Assembly (NCBI GenBank): GCA_045631405.1
Contig: JAZQUT010000090.1
Location: 5,896 to 69,895, forward strand
Source: Acutalibacteraceae bacterium
Lineage (GTDB): Bacteria; Bacillota; Clostridia; Oscillospirales; Acutalibacteraceae
Direction: 5' to 3'
Length of the DNA: 64,000 nt
The notes beneath the pieces are model-generated. The model worked only from the letters and a program-made list of their open reading frames with translations. It ran no database searches and had not been told where the DNA came from. Each line of letters begins with the position of its first letter. The stretch's first letter is position 1. Shown piece by piece: positions 52,499 through 61,516 of this stretch. A program made the translations under genes and the position numbers.

Positions 52499-53671
52499 TC
52501 AGGCCACCCCTTCCAAGATTTTCACAGCTTCAAAGACCTTTGAAACACCTGTCTTATAGCCGTTTGTCGTAATTGTTGCACCGCTGATTGCATCAATTTC
52601 GCTGTAGTTTGTTTCATCCTTACCATTAAACTGTGAATAGAAGGATGCGTCAGCACAAGTAGAACCGATACCATCAGTTTCCTTCTGTGAAATAGTCTGA
52701 CAAGCAAGAATCTTACCATCAGCAGTAACAGAAACCTTAATATTGATATATTCACCTGAGGGATTGTAATAATGGTCACCATTAATACCGAAGCCTGAAG
52801 CGTGAAGCTCAAATACATAGTTACCACTTGTTGTCTTATACGCCTTATCAATTGCAGTGGGCATATTTTCATAGCCGGTAATATCAATTTCAGTAGATTC
52901 TGATGAAGCAACCAACTGGGCATTTGCGCTCATAACTGTCTTAACATCATCGGAAACTGAGCTTAATACATTACCCTCGCTGTCAACTGCGATAAATTCC
53001 TCACCTGAAACGAATACATAACCGACACCATTATCTGCAGCATATACAGCAGATACATCAGTAAGAGCCTCAGTTACAAACCACTGAGTGAACGCGCCCT
53101 CGCCTGCTGGTAATGCTTCCTTAAGGTTATCTGCAAGAATTTCCTCTTCGCTTCTGATATCAACAGAGCCACCGCCGAGGATAATAGCAGTATTAAGAGC
53201 ATCCTTAAGAGCATCCTTATAAGCCTGAGTTGTCATTGTTGCACCTGATAAGGTTGCAAGACCCTCAATTGTGTCAGCAGTAAAGCCTGCTACTGTGTCG
53301 CCATAGGTTTTCTCAACACCCAAGGTTTCGTTGCTTGAAAGGCATGTAGCACCAGTAATTTCACCTGCGGCACTAACGCCACACATAATTACCATATCTG
53401 TACCATAGCCTGCTGTTGTAAGCTTTACAACATATCCGCCGCCTGCTTCAGAGTGAACCTCTGTTACAGTTGTGGGAAGCTCATAGGTTGAAATATCAAC
53501 GGGAGCAAAATCTGTTCCCTCCGGCATAACAATAACCAAAGCTTCGTTTGCTGCAGAGGATGCATTTTTTTCTATAATAGGAGCAGTTACATAATTTGTC
53601 ACAGCTAAAAGAGTAGCAACTACTGCACAAATAACTGTTAACGAAATAACGCTTTTAATGTACTTTTTCAT
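52499..53671 (-). CDS. rnfG: Rnf complex subunit G with two FMN-binding domains (390 aa)
   Basis: N-terminal TM segment and two flavinylation-type motifs, TLSGATMTTQAY and AISGATITTNGY. From memory, typical RnfG is roughly 200 aa with a single such motif. Confidence 0.85.
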   Translation of the reverse strand: MKKYIKSVISLTVICAVVATLLAVTNYVTAPIIEKNASSAANEALVIVMPEGTDFAPVDISTYELPTTVTEVHSEAGGGYVVKLTTAGYGTDMVIMCGVSAAGEITGATCLSSNETLGVEKTYGDTVAGFTADTIEGLATLSGATMTTQAYKDALKDALNTAIILGGGSVDIRSEEEILADNLKEALPAGEGAFTQWFVTEALTDVSAVYAADNGVGYVFVSGEEFIAVDSEGNVLSSVSDDVKTVMSANAQLVASSESTEIDITGYENMPTAIDKAYKTTSGNYVFELHASGFGINGDHYYNPSGEYINIKVSVTADGKILACQTISQKETDGIGSTCADASFYSQFNGKDETNYSEIDAISGATITTNGYKTGVSKVFEAVKILEGVA

Positions 53672-54597
53672 TTCTTTCCTCCTCCAAACAATTTACGCGC
53701 GGTAAGAGAGCTGATGAAAGGATTGAGAATGTTCATAAGAAGGATACCAAAGGATACACCCTCGGGATATACACCCCAGAAACGAATCAAAACCGTAATA
53801 ACGCCTGCGCCGATACCGAAAACAATTTTTCCGAGAGGAGTTGCAGGTGATGTTACATAATCAGTTGCCATAAAGATAGCACCTAAGATAAGACCACCGG
53901 AAAGAACACATGCAAGTGCTGCAACTGCATCAAAATCTTTAACAATAAAGCTTAAAAGGAAGGTTGTACCGATAAATGCTACGGGAATATGCCATGTGAT
54001 TACCTTACGGATAAGAAGGTAAACGCCACCGATAAGAAGAGCAACCTTGCAGGTTTCACCGATTGCGCCACCTGTATTACCTAAGAAGAGGTCCATAAGC
54101 TCCGGAACTGTACCCTCAGCAAGCTCTGCAAGAGGAGTTGCAGATGAAACTGCATCCACATTTACGGGCATTGCACTCTGAGCCAATGATCCGAAGGCAA
54201 TAAGCATAAACACACGAGCTGTTGCTGCAGGGTTAACAAGATTTTTACCTAATCCACCGAAGAGGCATTTTACAACTACAATTGCAAATATTGAGCTAAT
54301 AGCAGCCTGCCATAACGGAACATTTGCAGGAAGATTCAATGCGATAATCAAGCCTGTTACAATGCTGCTTAAATCACCGATTGTCTGCTGCTTTTTAACT
54401 GCAAGATTAAAAAGAACCTCAGAAAGAACTGCAGACGCAACACAAACACCGATAACCGCTAAGGAACTCAAGCCGAAGATTACAACACCTGCAATAGTTG
54501 CGGGTAAAAGCGCGATTATAACATCGAGCATTATGCCTCGGGTTGTTCTTTTAGCGCGTATATGAGGTGATACGGAAATATGAAGTTTGTTTTCCAT
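53668..54597 (-). CDS. rnfD: Rnf complex subunit D
   Basis: ISVSPHIR start and the VDAVSSATPLAE flavinylation motif. I prefer the ATG at 54597 (a TAATG overlap with the rnfC stop). Confidence 0.9.
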   Translation of the reverse strand: MENKLHISVSPHIRAKRTTRGIMLDVIIALLPATIAGVVIFGLSSLAVIGVCVASAVLSEVLFNLAVKKQQTIGDLSSIVTGLIIALNLPANVPLWQAAISSIFAIVVVKCLFGGLGKNLVNPAATARVFMLIAFGSLAQSAMPVNVDAVSSATPLAELAEGTVPELMDLFLGNTGGAIGETCKVALLIGGVYLLIRKVITWHIPVAFIGTTFLLSFIVKDFDAVAALACVLSGGLILGAIFMATDYVTSPATPLGKIVFGIGAGVITVLIRFWGVYPEGVSFGILLMNILNPFISSLTARKLFGGGKK

Positions 54598-55904
54598 TAT
54601 GCATTCGCCTCCTTTTCTTTCCATTCACGAAGAGCTGCTTTAGCTAATTTATTAACCTGTACAAGAGGACGCTTTGCAGGACAGTTGTATGCGCAGCAAC
54701 CACATTCCATACATAAATCTGAGCCTAATTTACCAAGGCGCTCATATTCGCCCTTATCGTATGCTCTTGCAATTTCTGTTACATTAAGACCCATGGGGCA
54801 ATTGTTTGTACAAGTACCACACTGAATACATGCAGTTTCCTTTGCACCCTTTGCATCCTTTTCAGTAAATGCCAGAAGAGCATTTGTCTGCTTGAGAACG
54901 GGCTCGTCCAAGGAAGGAATTGAAACACCCATCATAGGACCACCATAGAGCACCTTGCCGGGCTCACTTGAAAAGCCACCTGCAAATTCAAAAACATCCT
55001 CAACTCGAATACCGATAGGTACGATTACATTTTTAGGACTCTTTACTGCGCTTCCGTCAACAGTTATGCATTTTTCAACAAGAGGCATACCTGTTTTGAA
55101 GTAGTTACCCAATGTAGCCATTGTAGTACAGTTGCAAACAACGCAACCAACATCAATAGGAAGCTTGCCTGCACCAATCATTCTGCCTACTGCACGGTAA
55201 ACCAAAACCTTTTCTCCACCTACGGGATACTTAGCAGGAAGAACCTTAACGCTTACATTCGCCATTTTATCAGCAATCTCATTCATTTTCTTAATTGCCT
55301 CAGGCTTATTTTTTTCAACAGCGATTACAACCTTTTCAGCCTCTGCATATTTTGCAATCACTTCAATTGCATATGCAATATCGTCTGCTTTTTCAAGCAT
55401 TGTGTAGGTATCGCTTGTGATATAAGGCTCACACTCTGCACCGTTAATAATAAGATACTCGATTTTCTTATCAGTTGTAAATTTAGCATAAGTCGGGAAG
55501 CCTGCACCACCAAGGCCAACAACACCACTTGCTTTAATTGCATCAATAAGAGAAGCCTTATCATTAATAACAGGTGCTGTGATATTTTCGTCAGGTGTCA
55601 TTTCACCGTCAGAGTCTATCAATATAGCAGGCACCTTTGTACCATTGGAAATAAATACATCTGAAACGCCAACTACATTACCGGAAACACTGGCATAAAT
55701 CGGAGAAGAAAGACCCTCACCTGCACTGGCAACCAAAGCACCGAGATGAACATGGTCACCTGCTTTAACAACAGGAATCGCCGGCTTGCCGATATGCATA
55801 ACAGTAGGAAGAGTTACTGTATTATCAATAACCATTCGCTCTGCAGGAGCACCGGCTGTGTTTTTTCTGTGAGGCAACTTTATGCCTTTAAGAGAAAAAG
55901 CCAT
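54597..55904 (-). CDS. rnfC: Rnf complex subunit C
   Basis: GLGGAGFPT (NADH/FMN site) and two 4Fe-4S motifs, CIQCGTCTNNCP and CMECGCCAYNCP. Confidence 0.9.
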   Translation of the reverse strand: MAFSLKGIKLPHRKNTAGAPAERMVIDNTVTLPTVMHIGKPAIPVVKAGDHVHLGALVASAGEGLSSPIYASVSGNVVGVSDVFISNGTKVPAILIDSDGEMTPDENITAPVINDKASLIDAIKASGVVGLGGAGFPTYAKFTTDKKIEYLIINGAECEPYITSDTYTMLEKADDIAYAIEVIAKYAEAEKVVIAVEKNKPEAIKKMNEIADKMANVSVKVLPAKYPVGGEKVLVYRAVGRMIGAGKLPIDVGCVVCNCTTMATLGNYFKTGMPLVEKCITVDGSAVKSPKNVIVPIGIRVEDVFEFAGGFSSEPGKVLYGGPMMGVSIPSLDEPVLKQTNALLAFTEKDAKGAKETACIQCGTCTNNCPMGLNVTEIARAYDKGEYERLGKLGSDLCMECGCCAYNCPAKRPLVQVNKLAKAALREWKEKEANA

Positions 55905-56047
55905 CTTTTGAAAACCTACCTTTCAAGCTAATAAAAAATCAAACAAATCTGTTTGAAAATTAGTCGGATTTTAAACACGGTCTATACAGCCTTTTGTCAC
56001 AATTGAAGACTTTATGGCAAAGGCAGTCACACTAAAGACCACCATAC

Positions 56048-56077
56048 ATTATATAATAAATAACCTCTATCTGTCAA
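56048..56077 (-). promoter_or_regulatory. Consensus sigma-A promoter of the rnf operon
   Basis: On the minus strand: TTGACA (56077-56072), an 18-nt spacer, then TATAAT (56053-56048). This implies a leader of about 135 nt before the rnfC ATG. Confidence 0.6.
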
Positions 56078-56150
56078 TAAACTAAAATGCACAAACTATT
56101 GCCAAAAAACTTACACAAAACAACAAAAAATACGCCCCCAAAACAATCAA

Positions 56151-56184
56151 TCACCCGCTTATCCTTCAACAGATAAACGGGTGA
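56151..56184 (-). terminator. Stem-loop terminator after the transporter gene
   Basis: TCACCCGCTTAT (56151-56162) pairs with ATAAACGGGTGA (56173-56184) with one mismatch. The minus strand is T-rich downstream. Confidence 0.5.
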
Positions 56185-56190
56185 GTTATT

Positions 56191-58377
56191 TTACACGAAT
56201 AAATTCACATATTTTTTATAGCTTTCGTATCTTGCCAAGCATTTTTCAGCATCGATACAAGGCTTGTTTGCACGGTGGTAAAGAATATTTTTCTTCTTAG
56301 CTTCTTTGATTTTATTTTCATTGAGCTTCTGCTCCCTACGAAGAGCTGAAATCTGCATTTTCAAATCATCAAAGCTCTCTTTATTCTCTTTTGCAAGCTT
56401 GATTTTCTTCTGAATTTCACCAATTTCAAAAGCAAGCCTGTCTGATGTGTTGAAAAGTTCTGTAAACACACCTGCATCAAAGTCCTCTACAGCTTTAAAG
56501 CTATCGCCTGCAATGGTTTTTTCTGCAATTTTAAAATCCTTTACAGAGGAAATCATTTTACTTCTGAACTCTTTTTCCTCTGGAGTTGATTTAGGTAACA
56601 TCTTCATTTTCTTCAGATATTCATTTGCGTTTGTCTTGCCATTTGAGGAAAGAATCTCCTGAGAATACTGAAGCTCAAATTTACCCTCTGCAGTATTGAA
56701 ATAATCAAGCTCATTCAATATAACCTTTGCTATTTCAATCTGCTCATTATCCTGGCGAAGCTGCTTCTTTTCTGCCTTACTCATATTTCTCGCAATATTT
56801 ACTTTCGCCTTACCTTCATAGAGCTTTGCAGTATTAATAATTTCAGCAACCTCAGATTTCTGCTCATCAGTTGCAATACCATTCATTGCATCCTCGAAAA
56901 ATGCTCTTATTCTCAAAACATTAACCATAGCCTTTTGTTTTGTTTCTGTTAAATCATAGAAGAAGAACGGTATTACATTAAGAGTTGCACCAACAACTGA
57001 TGCCATTATAAGAACTGTGCATATAGACTGGAACAGCTCGGGATTATAAAGCACATCATAAACATTGTCTGCGCTATAGCCTAAGGCAACAGCTGTTTCT
57101 GCATTAAGACCTGCTTTTTCGTATATGGCAGGTAACACAGAGGATGTCCCGAGAGTTATTATAGCACCGATTAAACCAATCGCTGAAAACATACCATCAA
57201 TTCTCTCGCCACTTATGTATTGCTGATAATCTCTGATATCTGCATTAAGGCTCGGGTTCATAAAATGACCACAGGATGTGAGAAGCTGATTTATAAATAT
57301 AAACACAAGCAGAATCCATATTACCCCTGCTCCATTCATTCTGACAACAGGAAGCATAAGCATAATGAAGATAATGTTAAGAATATTACTCAGAATAAGA
57401 ACCTTTTTCTTACCATAGCGTCTTATGAGGAATGGCGCGAAAAGATTTGGCCACAAGGAAGCATTACCTGAAATAGCAGTCATAATTGCGTATTGGTTTG
57501 CTGAGCAAGCCTCCTGATAGTTATACATCCAACCCATAATTGTGCCAAAAGAGCCTTCAAGAAAACCAATCCAACCAGCAAGAGAAATTACCCAGAAATA
57601 TTTATTTCTCGCAACTGCACGGAATGAATCAAGGAAGCTCATACTTACAGTATGATTTTTAGGCTGAACAATTCTTTCCTCGGTATTAACATAAATAATT
57701 ATAGAAATAAGGAAGCCGACTATGAGCATAGGAGGATAAAGCACTCTGTAAACTCTCATATCATAAAGAGTGTTATCACCTGTAATCATTTTTGCAACTA
57801 TAGGCAGAAAAATGCTTGCAATTGACGGCGACAAATTCTCGATAACGGACTTCACTGCATAAACATCGGTTCTCTCAATTGTATTTGGAGAAAGGACATT
57901 GATAATACTATCATTTGCATCCAAAAGGAAATTATAGAAAAACTGAAAACCTATATTGAAGAGCAACACAGTTACGCATTTGATAGGCATACTCATCATT
58001 TCATAGGGTGCCCAGATAAATCCGATACCAAGAAGCACCGTAGGAAGACCCATTGTTAAAATATAGGGTCTGTATTTACCCTTCATACTCTTGGAATTAT
58101 CTATCATTTTTGCTCTCAACGCTGTTAGGGGAAAGCTTGCTACAACGCTGAGTATGTAAATAAAATAAATTGATGTTGGCGGAATACCGATTGTATTACC
58201 TATAAGAGTATTTCCTACGCTTAAAATCATAGTGCTTACACAATAAACTATGAATTTAACGCCGATTCCACCAACTGCCAATGATACAATTTCTTTAAAT
58301 GGAATGAATCTGCCGTCGGGTGCAGTTTTCCAATATTTTTTTATTGATAAAAGAAGATTTAATATTTTATTTTTCAT
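56191..58377 (-). CDS. GPH/MFS-type glycoside-cation symporter with a 252-aa C-terminal coiled-coil extension
   Basis: The first ~475 aa show a 12-TM MFS/GPH pattern. The last 252 aa (nt 56191-56949) are hydrophilic, K/E-rich and heptad-like. The start overlaps the GH30 stop (ATGA). Confidence 0.7.
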   Translation of the reverse strand: MKNKILNLLLSIKKYWKTAPDGRFIPFKEIVSLAVGGIGVKFIVYCVSTMILSVGNTLIGNTIGIPPTSIYFIYILSVVASFPLTALRAKMIDNSKSMKGKYRPYILTMGLPTVLLGIGFIWAPYEMMSMPIKCVTVLLFNIGFQFFYNFLLDANDSIINVLSPNTIERTDVYAVKSVIENLSPSIASIFLPIVAKMITGDNTLYDMRVYRVLYPPMLIVGFLISIIIYVNTEERIVQPKNHTVSMSFLDSFRAVARNKYFWVISLAGWIGFLEGSFGTIMGWMYNYQEACSANQYAIMTAISGNASLWPNLFAPFLIRRYGKKKVLILSNILNIIFIMLMLPVVRMNGAGVIWILLVFIFINQLLTSCGHFMNPSLNADIRDYQQYISGERIDGMFSAIGLIGAIITLGTSSVLPAIYEKAGLNAETAVALGYSADNVYDVLYNPELFQSICTVLIMASVVGATLNVIPFFFYDLTETKQKAMVNVLRIRAFFEDAMNGIATDEQKSEVAEIINTAKLYEGKAKVNIARNMSKAEKKQLRQDNEQIEIAKVILNELDYFNTAEGKFELQYSQEILSSNGKTNANEYLKKMKMLPKSTPEEKEFRSKMISSVKDFKIAEKTIAGDSFKAVEDFDAGVFTELFNTSDRLAFEIGEIQKKIKLAKENKESFDDLKMQISALRREQKLNENKIKEAKKKNILYHRANKPCIDAEKCLARYESYKKYVNLFV

Positions 58378-59768
58378 TTTATCACCACTGTTGTAACAGA
58401 TTTCGGAGTTAACTTAAGCTTAGAAGCTTCTGATACACTTTCTTCAAGATTACTATTCTCATCAGTGACCGAAACTAACACCTCTTTCCCAGAGGGTAAC
58501 GAAAGCAGTTTTTCTTCATCGGAGCAATTTATAAAAACAAGAACCTTTTCGTTTTCATTTTTGAAAGCAACAGCCAAAACATCTTCATCATCCGTTTTTA
58601 TTTCAAACCTCTTGGCGCCCGATTTGATATATTTAGAGAAATTGCCTGTTACATAATATCTCTTTGTCGTTTCAAAGCTCTCGTCTTCAAGGTTTATGTA
58701 AATAAGACCATCGCAATAATCCACCTCGGAAACTGCAATCCAATGCTGCCACGAAACTGCATTAAGAAGTGTAAAATCCTCATATATGGTTTTCGCAGTA
58801 ACAAGAGCAGACTCCATACCATAATCCCTGCCCCCCTGCATATGAGTCCACTCGCTCATAACAACCGGTACATCGGGGTAATTTTTGTCCATCCATTTCC
58901 TGAAACGGTTTACAAAGCCAATTCTATCATTAAGAAATGGTATTGTTATAGGCAAAGGCAAAGGAAGACAATAGGAATGAACATCTACAGCATCAAGGTG
59001 ATTTCTTACATTTTTATCTTTAAGAAGCTGACGGGTGTAAGATTTATTAAACCATCTCAGATCCCCTGACTCTGCTCCTGATAATTTAACATTAAAAAGT
59101 GCTTCGCGCTTATCAAGCTCTTTTGCAAAAACCTTAAAAACATTTTTTACGCTTCGAGGGCGATAAAAACAACCCTCTTGTCCCCCGTTCCACACCCAAA
59201 TAGGCTCATTGACGGGAGAAAGATATTTAATCGGTATTCCCTCGTTAACAAAATGCTCCGTTACATCAAGGCAATATTTTGCAAACTCGTTATAATTTTT
59301 TTTGCTGATATTTTCGTGAAAAAGCTGGTGCTTTTTATTATGAGCAAGTCCGTTTTTAGTAAGCCTTTCAATTGGCGAATTAACAAAGAAAATCACTTCA
59401 TCAGCGCCGTTTTCCACGCATTTTCTCATCATATAAACTGCGTTAGAATCGCGACTCCAATCATATTCACCCTTAGAAACCTCAAAGCACTCTGTCGCTC
59501 TTGCAGGCTGACTGTATTCTCCCTTGCCTGAATGCTTCGAGCCCGCACCGATATTGTAACGATAGATGCCCATTCCTATACCAGTTTCCTTGTTGTATAA
59601 AAGCTCAGCTATTCTATCGCGAACGGGCTTTCCTGATTTTTCGTCAATATGATCCCAGCCACCGACAATCTGTGCCCACCATGCGCCACTTGCACCAATG
59701 CCTTTAAAGGTTTGGAACTCTTTTTCGGGGTTGATTTTCAAATCCACAAGTCTACCAACTTTCAACAT
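58374..59768 (-). CDS. GH30-like (clan GH-A) glycoside hydrolase
   Basis: FKGIGASGAWWAQ N-terminal signature. LSPVNEPIW is the candidate acid/base NEP motif and VMSEWT the candidate nucleophile. Confidence 0.7.
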   Translation of the reverse strand: MLKVGRLVDLKINPEKEFQTFKGIGASGAWWAQIVGGWDHIDEKSGKPVRDRIAELLYNKETGIGMGIYRYNIGAGSKHSGKGEYSQPARATECFEVSKGEYDWSRDSNAVYMMRKCVENGADEVIFFVNSPIERLTKNGLAHNKKHQLFHENISKKNYNEFAKYCLDVTEHFVNEGIPIKYLSPVNEPIWVWNGGQEGCFYRPRSVKNVFKVFAKELDKREALFNVKLSGAESGDLRWFNKSYTRQLLKDKNVRNHLDAVDVHSYCLPLPLPITIPFLNDRIGFVNRFRKWMDKNYPDVPVVMSEWTHMQGGRDYGMESALVTAKTIYEDFTLLNAVSWQHWIAVSEVDYCDGLIYINLEDESFETTKRYYVTGNFSKYIKSGAKRFEIKTDDEDVLAVAFKNENEKVLVFINCSDEEKLLSLPSGKEVLVSVTDENSNLEESVSEASKLKLTPKSVTTVVIK

Positions 59769-60577
59769 TATATTTTTTTAAACATTTTTTCGTAAACGTA
59801 CGGACCGTCTAATTGCATATGCATTTTCTTTTTAAATCTTAAATCATCTGAAATGAGAGCAATAAACTCAGAATTACAAGGCTTTTCAGGGGCTTTTATG
59901 GCATAGCCGAAATAGGTTTTGAAAAACACCACATTTCCCTTTTCCCAAGCCTTTCCTATTGCGTATCTCATAGCTCTTTCTACAGCTGCAGGATCACTAT
60001 TAAAGTTTCTTGCTATGATAGGATATAGTGATGTTGTAACCTGATTTATTAATTCAGGATATTCTATAACTAACAGAATAGCTTCTCTGAGATAACGAAA
60101 GCCCTTATGCTTAGCAGGAATACCAACCTTATGAAGTATGTCACTGACTGCAATAGCTACATCCTGAGGGCTCTGTCGATTTGCAAAAACGCCAACGCTC
60201 TTCCAGCTCAGCATCTGTTTTATTCGCTCTACAATCAGTTGAGCATTGATAGGCTTCAAGAAGCAATAGTCTGCTCCTGCTGCCAAAAAGCTTTTTTGAA
60301 AGCTTTTGTTATCAATTGATGACATAACTATAAAAAGAGGTCTCTTATCAAGACTTACACTCTCCATTCTCGATAACACCCCGAGAGCGTCGATATGATC
60401 TAAAAAATCATCCATAATTACAACATCAGGATTCATTTCATTTATACCTTTCAGAAGCTCCATACCATTTTTGCTGCAAACGCAAACACTCATATCGTTG
60501 GAGCGAAAAGCTGTAACAAGCGCTGTTGTATCCAAATTATTCCTGGCTGTTAACAAAACCTTTGTATAGCCGACCAT
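59768..60577 (-). CDS. Spo0A-type response regulator paralogue (receiver + Spo0A_C DNA-binding domain) with a degenerate acidic pocket
   Basis: The C-terminus GIPAKHKGFRYLREAI...LYPIIARNFNSDPAAVERAMRYAIGKAW...KPCNSEFIALISDDLR closely parallels B. subtilis Spo0A as I remember it (GVPAHIKGYLYLREAI...[28 protein letters not shown]...KPTNSEFIAMVADKLR). The receiver has TARNN where Spo0A has VADDN. Strong GGAGGTG RBS. Confidence 0.8.
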   Translation of the reverse strand: MVGYTKVLLTARNNLDTTALVTAFRSNDMSVCVCSKNGMELLKGINEMNPDVVIMDDFLDHIDALGVLSRMESVSLDKRPLFIVMSSIDNKSFQKSFLAAGADYCFLKPINAQLIVERIKQMLSWKSVGVFANRQSPQDVAIAVSDILHKVGIPAKHKGFRYLREAILLVIEYPELINQVTTSLYPIIARNFNSDPAAVERAMRYAIGKAWEKGNVVFFKTYFGYAIKAPEKPCNSEFIALISDDLRFKKKMHMQLDGPYVYEKMFKKI

Positions 60578-60747
60578 TTCAACACCTCCGAAACAATTAA
60601 AATAATTATACTATACTAATGGTCATTGTTTCAAGCATATCGACTAAATTTATTTTAATCAGCACCATTTTCAAATTTACTTTTTTTATGGCTTGTGTTA
60701 AAATAAAATCTACAATAAACATTCATTCTACTTTCAGAGGTTTTAAT

Positions 60748-61419
60748 ATGACACCAAAGCTATTTCTAAGAGCACTTTTTAAATTCATTTTAGGCGTTGC
60801 GCTTGTTGGCCTATTGATATTTTTACCTGCTGGCTCTCTTTCATTTGTAAATGGTTGGCTTTTAATGGGTGTTTTATTTATTCCCATTTTTCTTTCAGGC
60901 ATTGTTATGATGCTGAAAAAGCCTGAGCTTCTCGAAAAAAGGCTAGAAGCAAAAGAAAAGCAAAAGGATCAGGAGCTTGTTGTTAAATTGAGTGGTCTTA
61001 TGTTTCTTGCAGGCTTTATTGTTGCAGGACTTGGTTTTCGATTTAATTGGTACACCCTGCCCCCAAGCGTCTCAATTGGTGGTGCAATAGCTTTCCTTTT
61101 GGCTTACCTTTTCTATGCAGAGGTTTTACGAGAAAACTCCTATCTATCCCGAACTATTGAAGTACAGGAAAACCAAAGGGTTATCGACAAAGGTCTTTAT
61201 GGAATAGTACGACATCCTATGTATAGCGCTACCCTGCTTTTATTCTTATCAATCCCTCTTGTTTTAGGCTCGGTCTTTTCATTTATAATTTTCCTTTCCT
61301 ACCCCTTTATAATTGCTGAAAGAATCAAAGGCGAAGAAAAATTTCTTGAAGAAAATCTTGATGGGTATAAGGAATACAAAAAGAAGATAAAATATCGTCT
61401 TGTTCCATTTATCTGGTAA
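60748..61419 (+). CDS. Isoprenylcysteine carboxyl methyltransferase (ICMT)/phospholipid methyltransferase family membrane protein
   Basis: GLYGIVRHPMYSATLLLFLSIPLVLGS signature. I prefer the ATG at 60748 (RBS GAGG). Confidence 0.75.
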   Translation: MTPKLFLRALFKFILGVALVGLLIFLPAGSLSFVNGWLLMGVLFIPIFLSGIVMMLKKPELLEKRLEAKEKQKDQELVVKLSGLMFLAGFIVAGLGFRFNWYTLPPSVSIGGAIAFLLAYLFYAEVLRENSYLSRTIEVQENQRVIDKGLYGIVRHPMYSATLLLFLSIPLVLGSVFSFIIFLSYPFIIAERIKGEEKFLEENLDGYKEYKKKIKYRLVPFIW

Positions 61420-61428
61420 AGCATACTT

Positions 61429-61457
61429 ACTCCCGACTGATGTGTCGGGAGTTTTTT
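61429..61457 (+). terminator. Rho-independent terminator
   Basis: ACTCCCGAC (61429-61437) pairs with GTCGGGAGT (61444-61452), followed by a T-run. Confidence 0.75.
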
Positions 61458-61516
61458 ATAAATTAAACAGGCTTTTATGGGAATAAATAATAAAAACTTA
61501 ACTCACGAGGTTGTTT

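Noticed and set aside
55905-56047. Riboswitch or other structured leader in the ~135-nt rnf 5' UTR.
   Set aside because: I see short hairpins, but nothing I can match to a known riboswitch or T-box class. A covariance-model scan (Rfam) would be needed.
60578-60747. Spo0A '0A box' (TGNCGAA) upstream of the Spo0A-like operon.
   Set aside because: The only resemblance is ATCGACT, which has two mismatches in six fixed positions. That is not better than chance in this AT-rich region.
60619-60747. Long N-terminal extensions proposed by the ORF track for the ICMT-like gene (60619), GH92 (29492), the GH-D-like gene (36097), the endonuclease (9438) and RnfD (54624).
   Set aside because: Internal ATGs with good RBS spacing exist. 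For GH92, the extension contains the predicted promoter. For the others, the extension overlaps the upstream gene or lacks family-conserved residues.
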